A stretch of 64,000 nt of DNA from an uncultured delta proteobacterium. Lineage in GTDB: Bacteria; Myxococcota_A; Polyangia; Polyangiales; Polyangiaceae. The notes beneath the pieces are model-generated. The model was given only the letters and a program-made list of their open reading frames with translations. It was not told the DNA's origin and did not search any database. Below, piece by piece: positions 20,964 through 31,138 of this stretch. The number at the start of each line of letters is the position of its first letter. The stretch's first letter is position 1. Where the stretch lies: contig CAVQUB010000011.1 in assembly GCA_963716725.1 (NCBI GenBank), positions 160,001 through 224,000 on the forward strand, given 5' to 3'. The position numbers and the translations under genes are program-made.

Positions 20964-22169
20964 GTGGAGGGGAAACCGGGTCTTGGGGGCTTCGCAGCAG
21001 GGTCCAGTTTGACATCGCGACGACTGATCGCGAGTGTGTCCGTGGTGGTGGACCGGACGAACGCAGATCCCGCGCCGGGAGTGCTGCGACGCGCGTGGCC
21101 TGCAGTCCAAGCCCGCCTCGGCGGACCCCTGCTCGAAGCGCTGTTGGCACGCGGGAGCCTGCGACGGCGACTGGCGCGCAGTCGCAGCGAGGCAGTGGAG
21201 GGCCAGTTCGTCGACGAGCATCTTGCCGCGATGCTCCGCATCGACGACCTCAGCGGCGACTCGCTGGTCGAGCGAAGGACTCCGGAGGAGGCGCGTCGCG
21301 CACTGCGGGTGAGCGTTGCGTCGGTCGACGCTCCTCCTCGCACCCAAGTCCACTGGCGTGAGCTGTGGTGGAGCGGTCCGGGCGGGAGCCAGCGCGCGCG
21401 GCTCTACACGCCACCGGGGCTCGACACACCCTCGCCAGCAGTCGTGTACTTCCACGGCGGCGGGTGGGTCGTTGGCAATCTCGAATCGCACGACTTCCTG
21501 TGCCGACGACTCGCGGTCAGCGGCCACGTGCGCGTGGTGGCCATCGACTACCGCCTCGCCCCGGAACACTTCTTTCCGGCCGCGGCCGAGGACGCGGTCG
21601 CGGCGTTTCGCTGGTGCGTCGATCACGCGCGGGAGCTGGAGATCGATCCGGCGCGCGTCGCGGTGGCCGGAGACAGCGCCGGCGGGAACCTGAGCGCGGT
21701 GGTTTCGCTGCACTCCAGATCGCACGCGGCGAAACCAGCGCTCGCCGTGCTGCTCTACCCGGGCCTGGACGCCACGCGCAGCCAGCCTTCGCACCGGACC
21801 TTCGGCGACCGCTGGATGCTCACCGAGGCCTCCATCGCCTGGTACCACCACAACTACTACGGCGATTCCGCAGAAGTTCACCGGCATCCCGACGCATCGC
21901 CGGTGTTCGCGACCGAGTTCGCCGGGGTCTGCCCGACGTGGATCTACGCCTGCCACTTCGACCCGCTGCGGGACGAAGCCGTCCACTATGCCGACCTCCT
22001 GCGCAATGCCGGCGTGGACGTGAAGCTGAGCGTCTTGCCCACCATGATCCACGGCTTCGCCCTGATGACGCGGGCTTGCCCGGCGGCCCGGGAAATCACC
22101 GAGCGCATCGCGGCTGATTTGGGCGCCGCGCTGCGCGCTGGCGCTGGCTGGCGCGGACTTTCTCCCTGA
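20964..22169 (+). CDS. HSL-family alpha/beta hydrolase (esterase/lipase)
   Basis: YFHGGGW, DYRLAPEH, GDSAGGNL, DPLRDE, IHGF; true start probably somewhat downstream. Confidence 0.92.
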   Translation: MEGKPGLGGFAAGSSLTSRRLIASVSVVVDRTNADPAPGVLRRAWPAVQARLGGPLLEALLARGSLRRRLARSRSEAVEGQFVDEHLAAMLRIDDLSGDSLVERRTPEEARRALRVSVASVDAPPRTQVHWRELWWSGPGGSQRARLYTPPGLDTPSPAVVYFHGGGWVVGNLESHDFLCRRLAVSGHVRVVAIDYRLAPEHFFPAAAEDAVAAFRWCVDHARELEIDPARVAVAGDSAGGNLSAVVSLHSRSHAAKPALAVLLYPGLDATRSQPSHRTFGDRWMLTEASIAWYHHNYYGDSAEVHRHPDASPVFATEFAGVCPTWIYACHFDPLRDEAVHYADLLRNAGVDVKLSVLPTMIHGFALMTRACPAAREITERIAADLGAALRAGAGWRGLSP

Positions 22170-22190
22170 AACCCCACTCCGCTTGGCACC

Positions 22191-22686
22191 CTAGTGCCGC
22201 GCGGCCGAAGTTCGAGTGGATTCGCCCCTGAGACCTGCGCTCATTTGGGCTCTCACAGGAAGGGCGGAAGAGCGGAAGGATTTGGGGTGGTCAGGCGTTA
22301 GCCTCCGCAGGCCATTTCTGAGCGCGGTCACGTTGAAGTTGACGAGCAGGCCGACGGGCAACCGCGAAAGGCGCAGATAGGTGATGACCTGCGCTTCGTA
22401 AATCGGGAGCAGCCGCTCGACCGCCTCGAGCTCCAGGAGGATACGATCTGGAAGCGACCAGGTCGAGGCGATAGGCGCAGTCAAGGTGTACGCCTTTGAA
22501 GCGGATTGGTAGCGGTCGCTGCCGCTCGAACTTGAGCCGTCGTTCGGACAGCTCGGCAGATAGACAGGCCTCATATGCGGATTCCATCAGCCCTGGACCG
22601 AGATGCCGATGCACCTCGATCAGCGCACCGATCACCTCGTCCGTCCCATCCCCAAATCTTCCGAGCTTTCGCCCTTCCTGTGCCAT
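22191..22686 (-). pseudogene. GxxExxY protein (PD-(D/E)xK-like nuclease), frameshift near 22455
   Basis: IGALIEVHRHLGPGLMESAYEACL...YRLDLV in one frame, then DRILLELEAV...AQVITYLRLS..GLLVNFN in another. Confidence 0.85.
22254..22682. repeat. 37-bp imperfect inverted repeats bounding the GxxExxY core
   Basis: 22254-22290 CACAGGAAGGGCGGAAGAGCGGAAGGATTTGGGGTGG versus reverse complement of 22646-22682 CACAGGAAGGGCGAAAGCTCGGAAGATTTGGGGATGG. Confidence 0.85.
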
Positions 22687-22702
22687 CCCCGTGTGGTCGG
22701 GC

Positions 22703-23190
22703 CTCACTCCGAAACAGTTGCGGCTTTCTTCGCAGAAAGTGAGGGGATTTTTCTGGATTCGGCCCACGACTTGGGGCGGTACGACCAGCGAAAGGGTCGG
22801 TCGGTCCGCAGATACCACGCGACGTACGCGTCGATCCTCGCCGCGAGGTCGTCGGTGCTTCTACTCGAGCCGCTACGGTGTCCGAGAGAGAGAGGGCGGC
22901 CGTCCCGAGCGCGGGGCGTCCGCCAGTCTCTCGCTAGGTGCCGCGCAGTCGAAGCGCTTGCGCCAGTCGTCCACCGTGCGCACGTGCACCCCGAGGAGCC
23001 GGGCGATGTCCGTCGCAGGCACTCCGTCCGCCATCATCAACACGGCCTGCGCCCGACGAACCAGCCGCTGCTCCGCCCTGGCGGGTCGCAACGCCTCCTC
23101 GATCCGCGCGCGCTCTTCAGCCCTCAGCGCGAGCGGAACCGTCGGACGACCACCGTGCGCTCGACCCGCGAACGCGCTGTAGTCGATCAT
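22703..23190 (-). pseudogene. IS630 transposase remnant (HTH plus extreme C-terminus, DDE core deleted)
   Basis: RRAQAVLMMADG...IARLLGVHVRTVDDWRKRF...LADAPRSGRPP; other frame STDDLAARIDAYVAWYLRTDRPFRWSY matches IS630 C-termini. Confidence 0.8.
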
Positions 23191-23293
23191 GTCACCCCAC
23201 TACACCGACGACACGCACACGGAAAAGAAACCAGCGAAACTTCTGCCGCGCGGCACTAGCCGATCCCGCCCCTGCGCACGCCCGCCCCTCGAG

Positions 23294-24262
23294 TCACGGA
23301 CCTGCTGCCTGCGCGGCGAAGAAGTCGAAGACCACCTTGCTGGCGTCGATGTCTCGACTCACTCGACCCACGACACGCTCGGGCAGGTACTGACGCCCAC
23401 CGGGCCAGGTGTGTCCTCCGCCCTCCACTCGGTAGAGCGCGACGCGGGTCCCGTCTGCGCAACCGTCTCGCTCCTCGAAGTGAACTCGGGTGCCGTCGGC
23501 GGGATCCACGTCGGGCAGTGCCAGCGGCGCTGCCCGACGCGTGCAAGCGCCGAACTTCGCCCACCACTCCAGGGTCGCGTCGGTGGAGAGGACCTCGCCG
23601 CGGTCCCGTCCCAACACCCGAATTTGCCCGCCGGCGTAGGGCACCACCGGGTCAGCGGTGCCGTTCACCATCAGCACGGAGATGCGACGCTTCGGAGTGG
23701 CGTGCTGGTGGACGGCGGGCAGGCTCATGGTGACCGGCGCCACGGCGCGGATCCGGTCGGACAGCTCGACGGCGAGCCTGAAAGACATGCCTCCCCCGTT
23801 GGAGATCCCGGTGACGAACACCCGCTGCCGATCGATCCCGTACTCCGAGTGCGCGTGATCGATCAGGGCCGAGATGAAACCCACATCGTCGACGCCTGCC
23901 CGCGCCCGCGCGCCGCGGTCGTCCAGGGGACGACCGTCGTTCCATCCGTTGGCGATGCCCTGCGGCAAGAGCAGCACCCAGCCCCGCGCGTCTGCCTGAG
24001 CGGTCAGTGAGAACTTGGTGGCGCTGTTGAGGTTGGCAGCAACTCCACCTCCGCCGTGCAGGGCGATGACCAACGGCACTGGACCCCGAGTCGCGTGCCC
24101 CGGCGGCAAGTGTAGGAAGAACGTCCGCTTGCGACCTTGGAACTCGAGCGTGTGCTCGGAGAGGCCTCGCCGAGCTCGCAAGCGGCACGCCAGCAGCCCC
24201 ACCAGCACCGCGCCCAGCGCGAGGCAGGCGGTGACGACGAGTCGCTTCGTTCTCCGGTTCAC
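23294..24262 (-). CDS. PHB depolymerase/LpqC-like secreted esterase
   Basis: PLVIALHGGGG, DDVGFI, GISNGG nucleophile, GTADPVVP, GGGHTWPG; GTG overlaps upstream TGA. Confidence 0.88.
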   Translation of the reverse strand: MNRRTKRLVVTACLALGAVLVGLLACRLRARRGLSEHTLEFQGRKRTFFLHLPPGHATRGPVPLVIALHGGGGVAANLNSATKFSLTAQADARGWVLLLPQGIANGWNDGRPLDDRGARARAGVDDVGFISALIDHAHSEYGIDRQRVFVTGISNGGGMSFRLAVELSDRIRAVAPVTMSLPAVHQHATPKRRISVLMVNGTADPVVPYAGGQIRVLGRDRGEVLSTDATLEWWAKFGACTRRAAPLALPDVDPADGTRVHFEERDGCADGTRVALYRVEGGGHTWPGGRQYLPERVVGRVSRDIDASKVVFDFFAAQAAGP

Positions 24263-25299
24263 GGGGGCCTCGACTTCGATGGCCCGGCCCGGAACCGCTC
24301 GCGGATCCAATCCACGGCGCTGGACAGCTTCGCCGCCGGTCCTCGCTCCTTCGCCGCGCAGGCGTCGAAGGCCGCCGCGAGCGCGTCGGACGCGAGCCCG
24401 TCGCGATCACCGATGAACACGATCAGGGTTTCTCGGGCGCGGTCGCCCCAAGCTCCGCCGAGCTCGATGCGGGCGCGGCGACCGACGACCTGCAAGACCG
24501 TGCGATGATCGGGACGGGCGTCGAGATATACGAAACCTTTCGCGCGAAATACGCTGCTGGGCAGCTCCGTGCATGTGGTCCGAAGGGCCTCGAGCGACAA
24601 CATCTTCGGCGTCCGGTAGGTGAAGGTCGAAAACCCGTGGCTACGCTCGTGCTCGGTTTCGGCTGGGCGCAAGCGGGCGTGATCGGGATCCATGCCCAGG
24701 CCAAGGCAGAGTTCCAGCGGCACCTCACCGAGCACCGTATCGACCACACGCGCCGTCGGCACCCAGGCCACAATGCGACGGCGAAGCTCGGCGACACGCT
24801 CGGGCGAGACGAGATCGGTCTTGTTGACCAGCACTACGTCCGCGAGGACCAGTTGCTCGCGCGCGAGCAGGTAGTGCTCGTCGTCGGCTTCCGGGAAGTG
24901 CTCCGCGTCCACCAGCGCGATCACGCCATCGACGAACAGGGGCCAACGCTTCTCCATCAGCGCAAAGGTCCTGAGCACGCTGCCCGGATCGGCGACGCCC
25001 GAGAGTTCGACGACCAAGTGTTCGGGGGGCGGTTCGCGACGCAGGAGATCACGAGCCGCCGCCACTAGGTCGTCGCGGATGGTGCAGCAGACGCATCCGT
25101 TGGCCAGCGTGATGGTGGTTTCATCCGCAGCGATGATCAGCTCTCGATCGACGCTGACATCGCCAAAGTCGTTGACCAGCACCGCGATCCGCCGGCCGTG
25201 CTCGCCGGCCAGGATGCGATTCAGAAAGGTGGTCTTGCCCGCTCCCAAGAAACCCGCGACCAACGTCACCGGTACCGGCGCGTGGCGTCGCGGCTCCAT
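24259..25299 (-). CDS. COG0523/CobW-family G3E GTPase metallochaperone
   Basis: GFLGAGKTT, VNDFG, NGCVCCT (CxCC), ELSGVADP, NKTDL, FRAKG CobW_C; ATG overlaps upstream TGA. Confidence 0.93.
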   Translation of the reverse strand: MEPRRHAPVPVTLVAGFLGAGKTTFLNRILAGEHGRRIAVLVNDFGDVSVDRELIIAADETTITLANGCVCCTIRDDLVAAARDLLRREPPPEHLVVELSGVADPGSVLRTFALMEKRWPLFVDGVIALVDAEHFPEADDEHYLLAREQLVLADVVLVNKTDLVSPERVAELRRRIVAWVPTARVVDTVLGEVPLELCLGLGMDPDHARLRPAETEHERSHGFSTFTYRTPKMLSLEALRTTCTELPSSVFRAKGFVYLDARPDHRTVLQVVGRRARIELGGAWGDRARETLIVFIGDRDGLASDALAAAFDACAAKERGPAAKLSSAVDWIRERFRAGPSKSRPP

Positions 25300-26604
25300 C
25301 AATCCAACTGGCCGAGCACGCGGCCCACGGTTCGTTCGACGTCTTCGGGGGACACGCCCAGCCGGGCGGCGACCTTCATGGCAACGTCGAGCTCTGCGCG
25401 CGCGAGGTGGCGATCGGCGAGCGCTACCACGATCAGATCTTCGACCAGTTTCTTGCGACCCAAGCGGGGAAAGATGACTCGAGAGGCTCTGGGCCAACGA
25501 CGCCATGCGCGCGTCGTGGTCCTCGGGCGACAGCGCCAAGAGATCAGCCGCGGAGTCGACCACGCCTCGCTTGCCCACTAGACTGCCCAGCGCCTCGCGC
25601 TCGCCTCGGGTGACCTGCCCATCGGCCAGCGCGATGGCCATGCCCGCGAGGGCAAGCAGCTCCCGGGTCGCTACCGCGACGTCGAGCTCGTCGGAGAGAA
25701 AGCTCGGGTCCATCATGCGCATCAGCGCGCCGACCTCTCGCTCCAGCTCCGCCTTGGCCAACAGCACGCCGCTCTTGCCGAGGAAGCGGTGGAAGCGCGC
25801 CTCGGCCGGGCTTCGGCCCATGATGCCGTGAAAGGCGTCGGAGCGAGCGAAGAGATCGAGCGCCTTCACACGCAACGGGCTGTAGGGATGCGTCGAGAGC
25901 CAATCGGCTTCGCTGCTCTCGATCTCGTCGCTGGCAACTGCAGCGAGCTGCTCGGCGTGCTCGCGGGCGTGGTTCAGGTAGGCCGGTTGGCTGAGCCCGC
26001 TCGTGAGCTTGAAGAAGGCACGCACAGCCGCGTCGAAGTCGTCGCAGCACAGGAGCCCGACGCGGTCGGCCGAGAGCTCGGCGTAGCGCATCCAGGCGCA
26101 CAGTCGCACCAGCTGAATCGGAGCGACCTCTTCGTCGCCCACCAGGTCGCTCACTGACAGGTTGAAGTGACCGAAGAGGACGTGCCCCAGCTCGTGCCCC
26201 AGCACGAAGCGGAGCTCCGCCGGATCGAGGCGTTCGAGCGCTTCGCTGGTGAAGCCGACGAGCAGCACGCCGTCTGCCTGCCGGGGAGGCACGACGAAGG
26301 CGTTGATGCGGGATTCGGAGACGCAATAAAGCTCGAGCGGACCTTCGAGACCGAGCGTCTGGTTGACGTCGGCGAGGGCGGCAAAGGGCTCTTTGGCCAT
26401 GCTCGGCGACAAGCGGAGCGCGTTCAGGAGGAGCCGGCGGCGAGCGGACATGCTGGCCGCATCCGCGTCTCGCGCCGCCAGAATGCGAGCGAAGCGCTTG
26501 TCCCGGGTGAGCGCCTGATGGAGATCGCGATCACCTTCGAAGATGACTCGATCGAGATCGAGCTTGCAGGCCCGACGCGACCCGAGGCTCAGTTGCCGTC
26601 CCAC
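25299..26604 (-). CDS. M48-family Zn metallopeptidase with TerB-like C-terminal domain (frameshift near 25460)
   Basis: INAF, ELRFVLGHELGH, AELSADR, STHPYSPLR; C-terminal AIALADG and VVALAD TerB-like repeats. Confidence 0.85.
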
Positions 26605-29600
26605 GGCTTGCCCATTTGGGCGAGGATCTTCTTGGCCTCGCCTCGGTACGGGTTGTCGGTGGGACCGAGTCGAAGGAAGGCTTCCCAATGCGGGATCGCA
26701 TCGCGATTCTCGCCCATGGCGCGAGCCAGAACGTGGTGCGCCTCCCACTGCCATCGCGGCTTTGGGTCCAACTTGGCCGCGAGCTCGAGAGCTTGCGCTC
26801 AACTGAGTCTCGGCCTCCGCGTTGCGCCCGTTGGCGGCCAGGAGCTTGCCGTAGCGATAGCGCCAAGTGGCGTTGTCCGGCTGGCCCTCGACCGCGCTCT
26901 GGTACTGAGTGATTGCCTCAGTCTCTCTTCCGAGATCGTAGAGGCTGTCACCCAGCGCGGCACGCGCCTCGATTCGATGGGGGTTGAGCTCGAGTGCCTT
27001 GTTCAGATCCTTGACGGCGTCCCGAACGGCTCCCTGCTTCTGCCGGAGCACGCCGCGCTGCCAATAGGCGTCGCCCAAGCGCTGATCGAGCTCGAGGGCC
27101 TTCTGCACGGCTATCTCGGCACGCTGGGGGCGGCCGGCTTCGTTCGCCGCCCAGGCGACGTACAGGTGATATTCGGCGCGATTCGGATCGAGATCGACGG
27201 CCTTCTCGAGCATCCTCAGAGACTCGGCCATGTTGGTGCCCTCGGTCAGCAGCGCCTTGCCCTTACAGTGATGAGCCTCCGCCGAACTCGGGCGTTTCTC
27301 GAGGACCTTCGTGAGCATCTCGGAGGCCTGCTTCGCAGCCTGCGTTCCGGCCTTCCCGCAGGCCACGCGCAGCATCAGATCCGGATCGTTGGGCGCCTTC
27401 GCTAGCGCATCTTCGTAGGCCTTGAGGGCCTCGGCGCCGCGACCCGAGGCTTCGAACAGAAGCCCTCGCTCGAGGGCTAGCCCGGGGTATTCCTTGTCCA
27501 CCGCCGCAACCTCGTCGAAGGCCTTGCCGGCCAGGTCGAAGCTCTTGTCACGCCGATAGGCGATGGCGAGCTTGAACTTGGCGCCGACGTCACCTGGATC
27601 GACCTTCAGAGCCGACTGGTAGTCGCTCACCGCGTCGGCGGTCTTGCCTCGGCCAAGCGCGATGTCCCCCAGGGCGATGCGCACCTGCGCAGAGTCCGGC
27701 AGCGCCTTTTGGGCGGCGGCAAGGACGCCTTGAGCTTCATCGTGCTTGCCCTGCGCAGTGAGGAGCTGCGCCAACCCGATGTGGATGTACACGAGATCGG
27801 GATCGACCACGCCCGCCGCGATCACCTGGCGGTAGGCGGCCTCCGCCTCTTTGCGCGAGCCGGCCGCTTCTTGCACCTTGCAGCCCCAGTAGGCCACGAG
27901 CACGCTCTTGGGGAACTCGCCCTTCAGCTTCTCGATGGCCGTGGCCGCGTCTTCGAGGCGTTCGAGCGCAAGCGCAGTCTTGGCGACCCCGACCCGCGCG
28001 GTCACCTCCCTGGCGTCGGATTGTGCGGCCGCTTCGAAGCGCGCGAGGGCTTCGGAGTACCTGCCCGCTCGGTAGAGCGCGTCCCCGAGACCGACCAGCG
28101 CACGCGCGGACTTGGGATCGATCTTGAGCGCCTCGGAGAACGCCTTCTCTGCGTGAGTCACCCGCGAGCGGGCCAGGTGAACCTCGCCCAAGAGCGTGTG
28201 CGCCTCCACCAACTCACCCGAGCTCGAGCCCGCGGTGTCCGCCGTGACCTCCTCGAGCAGCTTGGTTGCCTGGGCCTCTTTCCCGTGATTCCAGGTTGCT
28301 CGCGCCGTGAGAATGCGCGCGCCGACGTGGCTGGGATTCCTGGTCAACGTGAGCGTGGCGAGCTCTTCGGCCTGCTTGCGATCCCCGGCGAGGAACTTGC
28401 GCTCGCGCGAGGCCATATGCGGTCCGCGCGCTCTTCTCCACGACCTCGGCCTTCTCCCAGGCCGCCGAAGCCGCTTGCGGCTCACGCGCTCGAAGCTCGG
28501 TTTCCCCCAAGAGGCTCAGCACGTCGATGTCATTCGGGCGCGTCGATGCCATGGCTTCGAGCATTCCGCGCGCAGCCGGTGAGCGCGTGGCCGCCGCGTG
28601 CGCAGCGCGTGCCAGATCGAGATTGCGCACTTCTTTGACGTTCTCCGACCCGAGCTCCTCGAGCAGCACCGAGGCGCGCGCGCTCACCTCCGGGTCGGCA
28701 CCGAAACGGAGCTCTTGACCGTAGGCGACGTAGACCGCGTAAGCAGCTAGCGCCTTCTGCCGCTTGTTCGTGGAACGCGCGGCGTCAGCGGCCTGGTACG
28801 CTCTCTTGGCTTCCGGGTGGGTGTCTTTGGCGAGCGCGTCGCGAACCGTCTTCGACGTGTCAGCGAGTACGCGCTGGTATTCACCGGCCTTCATCTTGTC
28901 GTAGGCCCACAGCAGGCCGAAGGGTCCGACGTTGGGCACGAGCGCCAACGCGCCACCGGCCAAAACAAACACCACGCCCACCGCCGCGATGGCTCGCAGG
29001 CTCTTCTTCTTGGGCGGCGGCTCGAGCTCATCTTCTGCCGCCACGCGCGGAACCGGCGCCCGGACCTGAAGCTGCCCACCCTGCGGCGCCAGCTGCCCTT
29101 CCTGCGGCAGCCCCCCAAACTCCATCTCGTCGCGGGCGGAGTCGATGCTGCCTCCCGGCTGGCCGGCGTCGAGGTTGACCTCGCCGAACGAGACTCCGCC
29201 GCCTGACTGCCGAACCACGCCGGGGTCGCCCTGCTGCGATGACGCGCCCAGATCGATCTCGCCGAACGCTCCCATCGGAGTCGGCAAGCCCGCTGCGTTC
29301 ATCGGCATGCCCGCCGCGTTCATCGGCATGCCTGCCGCGTTCATCGGCAGGCCCGCCGCGTTCATCGGCATGCCCGCCGCGTTCATCGGCAGGCCCGCCG
29401 CGTTCATCGGCAGGCCCGCCGCCGTCTGAGGGAGCCCCGCCGCCGCCTGAGGGAGCCCCGCCGCCATTTGAGGGAGCCCCGCGGCAGGCGACGGCAGTCC
29501 TGCCGCCGGGACCGGCAACCCGGCCTGCACGGAGGGCAGATCGCCGGCGATAGAAGGAAGATCGGAGCCCAACGCGGGCAGATCGAGCTCACCGAAGCCT

Positions 29601-30391
29601 CCCCCGGTCGGAGCTGGCAGGCCGGCGGATGGCAGCGGGAGATCCACCTCGCCGAATCCGGCGGGACGCTGGGGCACCGACGCGGGAAGATCTAGGTCAT
29701 CCAGCTGCGGCGCAGCGCGTCTGCCGCCCACCACTGGAAGGTCGAGCTCCTCCGCTTCGGGCGCGAAAGCCGCCAGCGCGCCGGCGACGGGCGACGGCAG
29801 ATCGATCTCGCCGAAGCCCTGGCTCGGCGCGGGGTGCTTGGGCGCGACCGGGGCGGGCAGGTCGACGTCGTCGACTTCGATGGGCCCTGGAAACGGTCCG
29901 GCTGTCAGCGGACGCGGCGGGGGAGGCTTGGGCGGCGACGCCCTAGGGGCGGCGGGCGCAGGCAAGTCCAGCCCGATATCGCCAAAATTCGCGAACTCGC
30001 CGCCACCGCCCGGCTCCGGGACCGGGGCGAGGGGCTGGGTCAGGCCAGGCCGGGCCGGCGGCTTGGCGGCGGGCGCAGCGAGCCCGCTCGGCGGTGGCGT
30101 GCCCAATAGGGTCTGCTTCGGCGCGGGCCGCGGCGGCGCCGCGGCGGCCCCAGGGCCCGCAACCCCGAGCATTGTCTGCTTCCGAATGGGGGGTAGACCC
30201 GGCTTTGCGGGACCTGTCCCGGCGGATCCCGCCAAAAGTGGACTGGGTCCAGTCGCGCGGGGGTCAGGTGGTGGCTCGACCTGGAAAGAGTTTCCGCACT
30301 TCGGGCATCGCATCTTCAGGCCGGTCGAAGGCACGCGGCGTTCGTCGACCTGATACGGAGCGTTGCAGTCGGGGCACTCGACCTTGAACAC
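26589..30391 (-). CDS. MJ0042-type zinc-ribbon / Pro-rich linker / TM / TPR-array protein (frameshifts near 28400 and 26790)
   Basis: CPDC...MRCPKC zinc ribbon, low-complexity linker with FGExDL repeats, TM IAAVGVVFVLAGGALALV, many TPRs. Confidence 0.8.
29282..29530 (-). repeat. 21-bp coding tandem repeat (AAG[L/M]Pxx, about 12 copies)
   Basis: CGGCA(T/G)GCCCGCCGCGTTCAT units, six near-identical plus diverged flanking copies. Confidence 0.9.
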
Positions 30392-30486
30392 AGGATTCCT
30401 GTGCTCTTGTTTAGCAGGATGTCGGCGGAGTTGTCGCGCTTTCTGAGGCCCGCGGGCCCCGAGCCGTGCTACTCGCTGTCACCGCA

Positions 30487-31047
30487 ATGCAACGCTGGAA
30501 GTCGGTGGTCGCCGGGCTAATCTCGTCGGCTGCGCTCGTCGCCGTCATGTACAAGGCCGGGACGCCTGCTTCGCGGGGCACGACCCCGCTCCCGAGCGCC
30601 TCAGCCTCCGGGGGCGCCGCAGCGGAGATCCCGCCCGCCCCGAGCGGGAGCGCCGGGAGCGAAGAGCCAGCGGGCCCGGCCTTGGGCGTGCCGTCGGAGG
30701 AGACGGCCGACGACGGCGGAACGGCGCTTCCGAGCGGAGCGCCGGGGACGGTGTCGTTCGGGGTGGTACTCTTTACCTATCAGGGAGTGCAGTTCGCGCC
30801 ACCCGGCGCTAGAACCAAGGCCGAAGCCCTGGAGAAAGCCAAAGCGGCGGTCGCGGACGCCCAGACCGACTTCGCCGAAGCCGTGAAGAAGGGCGATCGT
30901 GGCTCCACGGCGGATGCCGGCCGGATCCCCCGGGGTGTGCTGGAAGCGGATCTGGAATTCGTGGTCTTCAGTCTAGCCAAAGGCGCCGTGCACCCGGAGC
31001 CCATCGACACGCCCCGCGGCTTCTGGGTGGTCCGGCGCGTGGACTGA
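30487..31047 (+). CDS. Parvulin/rotamase-type PPIase-like exported protein
   Basis: N-terminal hydrophobic segment; RTKAEALEKA...DFAEAVKKGD, FSLAKG...PIDTPRGFWVVRR. Confidence 0.7.
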   Translation: MQRWKSVVAGLISSAALVAVMYKAGTPASRGTTPLPSASASGGAAAEIPPAPSGSAGSEEPAGPALGVPSEETADDGGTALPSGAPGTVSFGVVLFTYQGVQFAPPGARTKAEALEKAKAAVADAQTDFAEAVKKGDRGSTADAGRIPRGVLEADLEFVVFSLAKGAVHPEPIDTPRGFWVVRRVD

Positions 31048-31138
31048 CGAGCCACGGCGCGCCGGGCGAAGCGCGAGTGATTTCAACGTGCAGCGACAAC
31101 CCTGCGTAAGGTAAGAGTTACTCGATCGCCAGTCGTCG

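Larger units (their letters stand above)
22191..23259 (-). mobile_element. Internally deleted IS630-family element with passenger gene
   Basis: Terminal IRs CTAGTGCCGCGCGGCCGAAGTT (22191) and AACTTCTGCCGCGCGGCACTAG (to 23259), 21/22 match, TA within CTAG at both ends; transposase HTH and C-tail remnants inside. Confidence 0.85.

Noticed and set aside
14206..26604. Tellurite-resistance island (TDT transporter plus TerB-like domain)
   Set aside because: Genes are about 10 kb apart in unrelated operons; family names do not imply shared function
24259..28485. 1408-aa ORF appearing as a TPR-M48-CobW fusion
   Set aside because: Frameshifts near 26790 and 25460 join three genes; natural stops and overlapping starts are visible at 26589 and 25299
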